A DNA stretch of 63,997 nt, the filler included, from Diploschistes diacapsis (lineage: Eukaryota): the NCBI GenBank assembly GCA_023645945.1. It is 5 parts of 5 records of this genome, joined end to end, with 100 filler letters (N's around TTAATTAATTAA, not from the genome) between each part and the next. Parts side by side here need not be neighbours in the genome. Positions count along the whole stretch, not along the records: positions 26,600 to 39,786 come from JALAIB010000683.1; positions 39,887 to 53,035 come from JALAIB010000684.1; 3 more parts are not named here. The stretch is one strand, 5' to 3'. Under the pieces are notes generated by a model. It was not told where the DNA came from. It saw only the letters and a list, made by a program, of their open reading frames with translations, and ran no database searches. Positions 36,619 to 47,021 of the stretch are shown piece after piece. Made by a program: the position numbers and the translations under genes. Each line of letters starts with the position of its first letter. Positions within the stretch are counted from its first letter, which is position 1.

Positions 36619-38046
36619 TCAGGTAATCTCAGCCTCATTGGCCCTCCGCCTCGTGCAAACATCAGAGATATTTTTCATTTTGGTGCCGCCCGCCTTGCCT
36701 TTGGTCACTCTTTTCGCTGACTTTCTCTGGGACCCAGCCTTTCCCCTCGAGCGCGCAGGCGGCGGCCCTGATTCCGCGCTCTTTTTCTGCGCAACCATCT
36801 TCTTCGCGTACTCATCCAATGCGTCGGCGAGAACTTTCAGCCGTTTGTCGGATGCATGGTCGAATATATTTTTGATCGCGCGCCGAATCGCTCTGATGCC
36901 CTCCGCATCCTTCAAGATATGCATCGACAGATTCTCCAAATGAAACGTATGCTGCCCAGATTCCGCTTTGCTGCCAATCCAATGCACGTTGACACATCCC
37001 ACATTCTGGTCTATCGTCACCGAAAAGAATTGTGGCTCGTCGGAGTCGAAGTCGACGTCGTCTGCGCTTTTTCCGCGAGATAGGAGTTCCAGAGCCCCGT
37101 TCATGGCGATGGCGCCAGCGCCAGCCGCTTGGTTGAACGCAGTATAGTGCGACCCGTCCTTTGCTTGCGACTTGAACTCGACGGCCAGGAATGGAAATCG
37201 CAAATCTCGGTCTGGACAGGCGAAGCTTGAGCCCAGCGGATCCTGCACGAGCAGGTTGAAGATGGGACGTTGGTTCGGATTGAAAGCACCCTCGGAGTAC
37301 CCAAATGCGAGATCTGGTTTCGGCTTTGGCAGCGGGAGCCGCGGTGGCGCTATCAAATAACCCGTGTTCAGCGGCACAGGGACAGCATTCGCCCATAATT
37401 GATTTGAACTCCGTTCCAGCTTATCGTTAGGGAGTCCATTGAAACCCGGTATTAGAGCTGGTCCCATTTGGTTCTTCACTTCTTCCTCTCCCTTATTCTG
37501 AATTTTGCGAATCGTTTTTTTGAGCGCGGCGACCGCTTCGTCATCGAGCTCAGGTGTCTGGCGCGCGCGCAATACGATGTTCCGCGCTTTGTCCATCAAG
37601 CCCGACGGCGGGTCTTGGTTCTCAATATAGATGTTGCGGCATTCCAATGACTGCCTGTCGTCCGGATCATGCACACTTGCGGTTGCTTTGGAGGATTTTG
37701 TGGAAAAGGATGCCGTGGGAGTTTCATTAGGTGAGGGAAGAGGGTGAGGTCCAGGGCGACGAGGCATGTTGTTTTGCCGCTTTCGCTTCCGTTCGCGAGA
37801 CCAGGAGCACTCGCTTAACCAGTCCTCGAGAAAGTCTTTTTTCGGTATTTGCCTGTGTCTATCTGATGTGTCAACGTCTCCGAAACGGCGCTGCCGTTTG
37901 ACTGCTCTCGAGTCAGCAACAGGTTCGGCATGATTGGGGCAAGCAAGGCGAACAGCATTGGGAGACTTCGGTGTCAGCGGACACACGTCTTTTTTCCGCG
38001 GCTGGTCTTCCGCGCCTGTAATTGACTGCCGGACCTCGGCTAGCAT
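36619..38046 (-). CDS. Intronless PD-(D/E)XK-like nuclease-fold protein (DUF7924-like), second paralog
   Basis: ATG 38046; NLS-like RERKRKR; core LPKPKPDLAFGY...FPFLAVEFKSQ...AFNQAAGAGA...FFSVTID...NVHW. Confidence 0.78.
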   Translation of the reverse strand: MLAEVRQSITGAEDQPRKKDVCPLTPKSPNAVRLACPNHAEPVADSRAVKRQRRFGDVDTSDRHRQIPKKDFLEDWLSECSWSRERKRKRQNNMPRRPGPHPLPSPNETPTASFSTKSSKATASVHDPDDRQSLECRNIYIENQDPPSGLMDKARNIVLRARQTPELDDEAVAALKKTIRKIQNKGEEEVKNQMGPALIPGFNGLPNDKLERSSNQLWANAVPVPLNTGYLIAPPRLPLPKPKPDLAFGYSEGAFNPNQRPIFNLLVQDPLGSSFACPDRDLRFPFLAVEFKSQAKDGSHYTAFNQAAGAGAIAMNGALELLSRGKSADDVDFDSDEPQFFSVTIDQNVGCVNVHWIGSKAESGQHTFHLENLSMHILKDAEGIRAIRRAIKNIFDHASDKRLKVLADALDEYAKKMVAQKKSAESGPPPARSRGKAGSQRKSAKRVTKGKAGGTKMKNISDVCTRRRANEAEIT

Positions 38047-39526
38047 GTCGAGCAGTGGTAGAGGGGGAATTAGGAGTATTAATGTAATGAGGTTGAGTCG
38101 TCGCAACGGTTGATGGTTTAATGCTTCATCGGCTTAGCGGCTTCACGGCTTGGCGCGGGGGGATCATGATCGTTTTGCGGCAGTCTGTGCGACACAAGAG
38201 GTGTCCTCTCAAGATAAAATGGCTAAACAACAGGTCAAGGCCACCCATGGGAGTATTGTGTATCCATGCACTTTCTCGCGCGAGTACTGTAATGTTCTTC
38301 TATGATGGCCGTCGTTGCCAGCCAATGAGTACGCAAATGCACAGCCTTCCTTGCCGCCGAAGCACAATTAACGGTGAATATATACGACTCCGGTTTGGTC
38401 CAGCGGCTCGGCGTCTAGCCCTTAAGACGAAATTCCCTACCAATGCTCAGAAAGATCCCGGATGCGCCTAATCAGACTGAAATCAACGGCTTCCTCCTTT
38501 CGCCACCCGCGTTGAATAAGCCGATAGGAGGGGCAAGTGGCACCGGAGCAGGCTTCAGAGGCAGAAACTAGTCGTCTGTTATTGCGATATTGCACTGTCG
38601 ATTATTTTCTTCGGCTCTGATATTTTGGCTAGAGCTACCGGGCGTAAACATTTTCACGACGGCACCTAAAAAGGTCAATTATAACAAATCTCGGAAATGC
38701 TTGGCATTTACGGAACTCGGAGCAGCACAGCCCTCGCGATATTAACTCCATTTGGCAAGCTGTTTTCGAGGTTATTGGAGTCTAGAGTCTAGGTAAAACA
38801 CTGGTGGTTCATGAGGCTCCGGATGAGGCAATTTGTTTACATTTGCTACGTACGCCGCATTGCTATTCTGCTAATCTCTCTGTCCTATTGGTCAGAGAAG
38901 ATGAGTGCAATATTTGGCTGGATTGAAGATTGAGTATCCGCCTTTGCACGTTGTTAGCTAGTTAAGTATGGAGTGAGGCTGAAGTCTTGATTCCGACTTG
39001 CATTGGCTTTAAATTCATATCTGTAGCAGTTTTGGGGTCCACGTTGTTTGGGTTGATGGTAGTGGATAGAGCTGGAGCTTTGGTGCAAACGCTTGTTCAT
39101 GTGCGGTAAGTGCTGCGAGGCCGGTGGGTGGGATATTGGAGATTTGCAATGATACCGTCCGGTCCGGACGTTGGCGTAAAGGCTTTATAAGTGTAGGTGT
39201 GAGTCGCGCGAGTTCTTTACTTGCTTGTTTGCATTGCGATATTGCCTTCTCTCATCTCAGCATCTTCTTCCGCGAGCCTCACCTTTCGAAGATCTAATCT
39301 AATATATCGTTGTCTCGACTCACGTCCCAGTCTCTCGAAGCTCTCCAGCACCGTTTAACCACCTCTGCGACATCCCCTTCTATCATCCCGCAAATACAAC
39401 AAGCGCATCCTCATACCTCCCGTCAAAACAGCCAATCTCAGCCGTAGCAGCTCCACTACACCAGCTTTGCCACCCCCGGATTCTCCTCACCGCCCTACGC
39501 ACCACCGCTTTCCGCCCCCAACCAAG

Positions 39527-39786
39527 ATGTGCCTCCTCTTCATCCCATACCTCGCCCGCAAATTCCGTGGCAAAGGCAAAGACGACGACGAGCAGCAACA
39601 AAACAACAGCATGCAAGCCGCGCAGCCCGTGTACTACAACGAAAACAAGCCCGCTGCCTCCGCGCCGTACGGATCGCATCCCGCGCCGCCGTACAGCGGC
39701 CAGCAGCAGCAGCAGCAGCAGTATCAGATGCAGCCTCCACCGCAGCATCAGCAGCAGCAGGGGCATGGGGGGCAGCAGTACGGGGT
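39527..39786 (+). CDS. Small Gln/Pro/Tyr-rich protein, 3' truncated
   Basis: MCLLFIPYLARKFRGKGKDDDEQQQ...APPYSGQQQQQQQYQMQPPPQHQQQQGHGGQQYG; CAG repeats; good start context CCAAGATG. Confidence 0.55.
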
Positions 39787-39886
39787 NNNNNNNNNNNNNN
39801 NNNNNNNNNNNNNNNNNNNNNNNNNNNNNNTTAATTAATTAANNNNNNNNNNNNNNNNNNNNNNNNNNNNNNNNNNNNNNNNNNNN
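39787..39886. other. Artificial contig spacer
   Basis: N44-TTAATTAATTAA-N44. Confidence 0.97.
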
Positions 39887-39938
39887 CCTGAAACCTTGAA
39901 CCTGTCTATAATGTATCACTCTGACCCTCTTCTTGAAG

Positions 39939-41223
39939 GTTACAATTTCAATTCTCTCGAAGCAATAGGACCTTACCTAGAACCGACATGTGCTGGCCCG
40001 ACAGCGCTGTGGGCTTATCAGACAGCCTCACGGTATCGATGCCTGGTTAGTATCGGCTATCCTGAGATGGCCGAAAGTGGCAGCTCGACATCACCCGCCA
40101 ACGTTCCCTTTGCGCTCTCAACATCTCTGCCGGAGATCTGTGGTAAGCTCGCTACGGAATCCCGAAAACGTCTCGTATCAGGCACTCCAGCACAGTATTG
40201 GAACTACAATGCGTCACTCACGGTCGACCCCAGTGGGAGGGTTGTCGCTCACTACAGAAAGAGTTTCCTCTACTACACAGATGCAACATGGGCACTGCCT
40301 TCACCCTCCGGCTTCACGACGGTGCCCTTGTCTCTCTCAAATTCAGATGGCCAGATATCCGGTCAGATAAGCGGTTCGAGATCATCCAATAAAGAGGCCC
40401 AGGAGCACCTCGACCAGCTTCAGTTCCCACAGCCAGATGTGTGCACGACTCCAACAGCCTTTGCCATTTGTATGGATCTGAACCCGCAATATTTCACTGC
40501 CGGCTGGGACAAACGTGAGCTTGCTACACACGCCCTCCACAGCAAAGCCTCGATGCTGGTCGTGAGCACAGCATGGATGACCCGTCTCCCCCGGCTGATG
40601 AAGAGGCAGACGATTTAAACCCTATAGCTCAATCAAGCGAGCCTCCGTCGGTCCCATTTTCAGACCCGGAACGGTCATCGCCATGTTGTCCTGTGACCAC
40701 TTTTCGGGACCCGGATATCGGTTCATTCACATACTGGCTAGACAGACTCTTGCCGCTGATTGAAGCCGACAAGGAAACTCTAGTTGTAATGGCAAACAGA
40801 GTTGGTGTTGAAGCTGGGGAAGTGAGAGCATGCAACCTTGAGAAGGTTCAGAGCCCTACACATTTTGGCTCTGCTGGATCGAGAGCAGCTGCGGATATTC
40901 ACGAGTCTCCCAATGGCAAGGATGATGATGAGGAGGAGGAGGAGGAGCAGAAGAAGAGACAGATTGAGCTGGGTCATGTCGGAGCCGAGCCCACTGCGCA
41001 ATTCACAAAGCTCGTTGACATAGACAAAGTAGGTGGTGTCGTTTCCAAATCGGCACATTACGCCGGGACCAGCGTTGTAATGGCGCTCGGCAACGGCAAG
41101 GTCAGTGTATTTGGCATGCTCGGAAGGGGCGAGGAGAAGGTCCTTGTTGCAGACACGGACTCGAAGGTAAAGTCTACCTGGGTTCTGCGCGGCAAGGGAG
41201 CGGACGATGCACTCTCTGAATAA
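39939..41223 (+). CDS. NTA1: Protein N-terminal amidase (carbon-nitrogen hydrolase family), 5' exon missing, one frameshift near 40590
   Basis: GYNFNSLEAIGPYLEPT, IGYPE, YRKSFLYYTD, ICMDLNP, STAW in frame 1; YWLDRLLPL, MANRVGVE, YAGTSVV, GMLGRGEE in the next frame. Confidence 0.85.
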
Positions 41224-42312
41224 TTTTCCAGATTTGCTCGCGGCTTCTTCAAAGTGTACAGACACTGTTGCTTGAGCCTTCCATGAAACGATTCCTTGCG
41301 TCTAACACAAACTATGGTTTTGGGCCGTGGTTGCCACGCCGAATGCTCTACACAATGGCCTTCGTGCATCGCTTCCGTCACCACCAACCATTCAAAATCG
41401 TCGATAATAGGGTGATTGAAGCTGTTCAGCATCCACAACAATGTAACGCTAGAAAATAGAAGCTTTCGCCCTGGCCGCGTGTAGGTAGCATTTTGTGGGC
41501 CTACGACGACAAGTGGCTTTGAGGATATAGTGAGGATTCCTAGCGTAGTACTGAGCAGAAGGAGGATTGGAACGGAGGTGGGGACAATGTTTGGGGCTTG
41601 AGGGCTGGTGTGTTGGTGAACGGCAACGGCTTTGATGGCTAGGGCGTTAATGACGGAGGAGGGAGAGATGGAAGGTTGGAGGGGAGTAAAGTGCGGAAGG
41701 CACTTGGAGGGGTTTTGAAGACGTGGTGGGTTTCTTGAGACTTGTTCGTTTCTACGACAGGTCTCGGTTCAAAATTCTAGCTTCATAAGGATCGGCTGGC
41801 TGCAGGCTCTGGCCTCCGTCTGTCTGCCATCAAAGGTTGCAGAAGGAAAGTAGAAAGTAGTTTCGAGCAAGGGGAAGTGTAGGCTTGGAATCCTATGGGT
41901 AATGTTGTTTCACTTCCGCGGTGCATATTTGGAAATAGTAACGTTCATAGTCAAGGCATCTTGATCATTGTACGCTACCTCAACAAGCTAGCGATTTCTG
42001 GTAAAATAAACACACAATGCTTTCCTCGCGAAGTGAACCTCGATAACATGACTCATGGTAGTCGTGGTTGTCGCCCTTGTCTTCAATCCCAATCCCATGC
42101 ACACGCACAGCAGCGTAGACAGCACGCATAGATTGTGATAGCAAATGCATCCCATTTCGCAACCCGATGGTGAATGGGAACGGTGATGGCTCGCTCATTA
42201 GAGGCGGCCGTGCACGGCAAAAGCTTTGGACGCCTCCGACAGGATAGATTGCTTCACATCCGAGTGACCGAGTAAGGAACGGCAGAATCGAGGGGCGAGG
42301 TAAAGATGGCGT

Positions 42313-42466
42313 TTACTTGCTATGGAGCACAGGAGCATTAGATGGGTTGTAGATGAAATGTGGTCTCATGGCAGGGAGCTCAGCAGTTGACTTACCTTCT
42401 CGCTCTAGTCTTTCTCCTCTTACGCTTCAAACGCCTGACGCGCTTCTTCCTCCATTTAGCTCTCAT
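42313..42466 (-). CDS. RPL41: Ribosomal protein L41 (eL41/eS32), 25 aa, 2 coding exons
   Basis: Exon 42466-42396 plus exon 42319-42313 (intron GTAAGT...CATAG) translate to MRAKWRKKRVRRLKRKRRKTRARSK*. Probable additional 5'-UTR intron about 42692-42476. Too short for the ORF track. Confidence 0.97.
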
Positions 42467-44576
42467 CTTCGGTAACTAGTTTGCACTATACTCGCAAGCC
42501 ATTAGCATGGGACAACAGTAGTTGCTGTTACTATTGAGGGTCAAAGGCAAGTGCTGCAGGCTCTCTATTGGCGGAGAGCCAGATGGCCATGCTTGTCGAG
42601 ATAAACCTCAATCAAGCAGACATTGTAGGTATGGCTCTTGGAAGAGATAGTCATGATTGTTGACAGGAAGGGGGCCTTTGAAAGGAGCATACCTGGTTAT
42701 TAAGATGAGTTCGCTGGTGGGTGATAGGAAGCAGAAGGAGAGCTTCAAGGCGGGAGATGTGGGATTTCAATGGTGGGCGATTATGTCAGCGAGACGCTAA
42801 GCATGAAGCTAAGGGCTCGTTTAAGCTACTAAGCTCTAATGGCTACTAAGACCGCAGTATGAATCGTGAGATACGGGGGTATACAGGTATACAGATATAA
42901 GGTCGCCGTGTATCACTATGTTGAATGACTGACAGATCTTTGTGAGATCACTACCCAATGTGCTTGAATGTCCCAGGCCTCGTTCCACTGAGGCCGAAAC
43001 GCACCCAGGAGATGGTGCCGCCTGGTCTTTACGTTTCAGTAGAGGATGAAAAGCATAGGGGAAAGATAGTATGCTATTAGAATGCTCGTCATGGTTGTGT
43101 TTGCTTTTTGACAATATTTTTCACTGACCCTCTCACCTCCATGGGCTTTGCATTTTTTTCTGATACTGCAGCTAAACTCAGTGGAAGTCGAAGGGGCTGC
43201 AGATGAGCTCACCTTGGAAATTGCTCCAATGTTGGTATGTCCCGTTGCTTACAGCTCCACCATTGAAGAAGCGCCAATGGCTATTACTACAATTGACTAC
43301 ATGACGCTTTCATAAATGAGACTATAGAGCGATGCTCAATCTGTTGGGCAAGCTAGTGAAAGATTTTTCAGTGCTTGGTATGTGCTCAAGACTTGAAGTG
43401 AATGCTCCGAGTACCTTCGTATCAGCATAGCTTTTTTCCTCAATGACTGCGCCGGGTCCCTTCAATCCCCGTCTCCCGTCTCCAGCCCGAAGCAACTAGA
43501 CCGCCCACCTACCTCATAGTGCTGCCTCACAGTGCTACCTCATAAGTTTAACCAATCATTTCAAATATTTCAAGAAGGTGGTCGAATACATCTTTTGAAA
43601 GATACTTCAGTGATAAAAATTAGAAAAAATATCAATATAAAAAGGGTTTGCAATAAAAGTATTTATTAATTGGCGATTAAGTTAACATCTGGGTCCTGAG
43701 GTAACCATAGTTTATCAAAGAAGGGTTTAATCAACTAATTCAACTTTAATCAGCTTTTACTGCTACTTAACTTTGAAGCCAATAATAATACCAGACGCTA
43801 CAGGAGAAATCACTAGATAGCACTCGAACACACACAGCTGGGGGTTTGTCTCGTACAGAGGTACAGAGTACAATCATAGAAAGACCTTTGTGAGTACCTA
43901 GGATTACCTAGACACAACTGTGCCTCCGGGCTTTGCCTTGCCACCAACAGAATGCGACTTCCCTTTGCAACTCAATATGTACATGTAGAGGCACTTGGCC
44001 AACTACTAGCACTTGCATCTCTAGTTATCGTCATACTATCCGCTTTTACTGGTGGTTCTCTTCACATACTTAAACCTGGTGAAGGAAGATTTATTGCTGT
44101 GCATATATATGCTAACGTTCGGGCTTAGGAGAGAGCTACGGTATTTCATCTCTCTGGTATATATGACTGGAAACCCCTTGCCATGCCGAGCTTACTCATT
44201 TACGTAGAAATAGTCTTGATTATATCTCGAGCTGAATGGAACCTTCTCCAACCAACACCAGTCAGGCTTTTGCTACGTTGACACTATCACCATTGCGGAA
44301 ACATACAAACTATGTTTTGAGACAGGGTTCTGTGATTCCGTGACGATGCAACGCCGCAGGTTCCCTCAGGGGTACGTTATGGACGAAGAGCCTCAGGCTG
44401 TTGGATTTGGTTTGATTTGGCCTCAGCATTGAGTATATAAGGGAGATGTGTCGCCTCATTCTACAGCAGCATCAGACCAGAAGTATTCAAAGCATTTCCT
44501 ACACATTCACATTTCTTTTCCTACAACAACTACATTCTTGCCAACCTGTTATTACCAACCTTTATCAATAATCACC

Positions 44577-45095
44577 ATGCGTTTCTCCACTATCGCCGCT
44601 GCCACCGGGCTGGCCCTTGGCGCTACAGTCGGAGCCTCCTACGCCGACGAATACCTCAGCTCCCTCTACGCTCGTGACTTCGACGACTCCTTGTACGCCC
44701 GCGACTATGACGACGATTTCCTATACGCCCGCGACTTGGACGAGCCCCTCTACGCCCGTGACGCGGAGATTCAGAGCATCTTGTATGCTCGCGACCTAGT
44801 CAATGAGGCAGTCGACGTGCTCATGCGCCGAGCTGGACCGCATGAAGTCGCCAATAAGCTGCAGTCGGGCAAGGTCTCACTTCCCGGTGACGCCAGGGCT
44901 GCTGCCGATGTTGCTATTACCACGCCCCATGACAAGCACGCGATCGGCAAGTCCGAGGCCCAGCGGGTGGGCACGACCATCAAATCTCAAGCCAAGGGCC
45001 TCGACAAGAACGACCGCGGCACAGACAGGGAGGCAACGGACAAGATCTTGGGCTCTGCCAGCCGCAACACGAAGCGCAGTCGGTACGGCTGGTAG
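44577..45095 (+). CDS. Secreted precursor with five LYARD repeats and dibasic processing sites
   Basis: Signal peptide MRFSTIAAATGLALGATVGA, then SSLYARD-FDDSLYARD-YDDDFLYARD-LDEPLYARD-AEIQSILYARD, MRR, a Cys-free basic domain, KR-SRYGW*. TATATAA at about 44434. Confidence 0.85.
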   Translation: MRFSTIAAATGLALGATVGASYADEYLSSLYARDFDDSLYARDYDDDFLYARDLDEPLYARDAEIQSILYARDLVNEAVDVLMRRAGPHEVANKLQSGKVSLPGDARAAADVAITTPHDKHAIGKSEAQRVGTTIKSQAKGLDKNDRGTDREATDKILGSASRNTKRSRYGW

Positions 45096-46178
45096 ACGGT
45101 CGGCGCATTCACGTCGTGCAAAGATGGTGGCGCCGAATCGGAAGTTCGGGCGCCGAGGATGCTCTCTGTGATGGTTGTATATTATAACATCGTTGATGGA
45201 TCTGGATGTATTTTAGGGTGATGTCCCTTTGGGCAGCTTTCCTGCTTCGTCAAGATCAGTGTATATATACTGGGAATCAAGTGTATTGATCTAAAAGCTT
45301 TGCCGAATTCCATGTCCGCAATCATGGCCTCGTCTTAGATTTCTGCTGAACCTACTATGATTTGGTTTGCGGCAGGAAGGTATCCAAAGACCTTGAAGTT
45401 CGATATGCATTTTCCATTACGGAAGCCGTCTTCCCAACGTTCTATATCCCACAGGACTCTTTTCACCTCTTTCAAAGAAGACATTAGTTCTCTAGCAATA
45501 GATGCCATGCACATCCAGTGCTGACCATCAAAGCTGATGTGGCCAATGGTTTTACTTACCGCTTTACGCTCTCCGGTTCAAAACGGTGCGAGGAGGGGCT
45601 CCGTGGATTCACCTACCATGTTCACAGAAGCGAAACCAACAGGACATTTCTCTCTTAAAGATTTATTTCCAATGGCTCATTGACGGATCCGGATCCGGAT
45701 CCAGAGTTTGTCTTAGTGCTTATGTAAGCCCTTTTTTTTCCCTCATCTTCTTTGGATGAATAAGTGCGGGGGCGCACAGCGGGATCCTACAAACTCGAGT
45801 TCCCTCTGGGCGGATTCAAGTATCCGATTAGGTACATGCTGGAGTAAATACTCGGATTACAATTAAGCAAGCCGGGAAGAATGGCGACTTGAGTGGCGTT
45901 CTGCCTAATTAAACAGAAGCGAGAAAAAAATAAAGAATCGAAATCGGAAGTAGTAAGTGATTGATTTTCTAGCTAGGTGGTTGAGCAAACTTCTGTGTAA
46001 TGGGGCAGCATCGTTATGGGCGCATGGGCGTCCAGCGATCTCGGGGAACTAAGCAATCTCCAAATTGTCGCAGTAGCTGACCTACTAGCTCCGACTGTGC
46101 AAGCAACACAAGCTAAACAAAAAAATCACAGCATAAATCTCTGTACAAAATGGGCAAGAAAATAGAATATTTTTAAAG

Positions 46179-46416
46179 TGTCACGAACTCACTGTCCCCC
46201 GGCTTGGGGGCCAGGCGCTGACAAGCTTTGGCACAGTAGTTAGGGCTATGGGGAAGGCACCTTCCAGGTATATAACTGAAGAAGCACACTCACGTGCAAC
46301 CGAAGTCCTTGTGCGATCTGATCTATCTCATATCTTCTGTCACCTCTCAGTGAACCTTCCCTGATCACGCCTTTGGTGTGTGCCTTGTTTGATGCTTTCT
46401 TTCCTTGGACCTGACA
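46179..46416 (+). mobile_element. Putative LTR (TGTCA...TGACA), 238 bp
   Basis: Starts TGTCACG, internal TATATAA near 46270, pyrimidine-rich 3' part, ends TGACA; no matching target-site duplication seen. Confidence 0.4.
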
Positions 46417-46436
46417 CCGGCTGTACTTTTTTCCTT

Positions 46437-46640
46437 GGCGGCACGGGTCGAATGGTGAAGACGACTGCTAGCAGACCTTTTCGGGAGGTCGTGGGCTCGA
46501 TTCCCACTGCTGCCACAACCCCGAATATTCTTCACTCCCCGGCTTGGCATCCTGGCCTCTTAATCCTAAAAAAGCTGCTGGCTGCTTTCGGCTGCAACGG
46601 GGTCGGCACTCAGTATCGACAACGCCATCGACAATATTAT
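46437..46640 (+). mobile_element. tRNA-derived SINE-like element/pseudo-tRNA, copy B (tRNA-like head 46437-46515)
   Basis: Acceptor stem GGCGGCA/TGCTGCC+A, D-arm-like GTC-GAATGGTGAA-GAC, hairpin GACCT-TTTCGGG-AGGTC, T arm GTGGG-CTCGATT-CCCAC; no canonical anticodon arm; downstream body matches 25136-25292. Confidence 0.6.
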
Positions 46641-46879
46641 TGACTTGGGTTAACATAGGGTAACAACAATGACCACACCTTGGTTACCGCCAAATATTGT
46701 GTTAGTGGTGGATGGTACTAGGACATTGGCGTGGCAAGTATTTGGAATGTCATTACGGGATCAATGCTTTATGTCGCTGGTTTCTTCCTAAGTAGGAGTT
46801 TCACGGCAAATACTGGGTTACAAACTGTCAGGGCAATTCTGCTTCAGCTGACAAATGCAATCACTTTTTCCTTAGTTAA

Positions 46880-47021
46880 CTATCGGGACTTTAGCTATTT
46901 AATCCGACTTTATTCGGACTTTATTCGGACTTTATTCGGAGACTTTACCGACGTGTATGTATGTCTGCTTTGTCAGCAGCGAAGACCTACGTAAATATCC
47001 ATCGACGTTTGTTGCGGGGCC
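46880..47021. repeat. 11-bp tandem repeat (GGACTTTATTC x3) and MITE-like terminus
   Basis: Tandem units near 46904-46940; CTGCTTTGTCAGCAGC...CTACGTAA shared with 25035-25063. Confidence 0.5.

Noticed and set aside
46437..46515. Functional tRNA (Ser, Leu, Arg or Sec)
   Set aside because: No canonical anticodon arm/variable loop geometry, T-loop begins CTC, no TCA anticodon, and flanks match a dispersed repeat.
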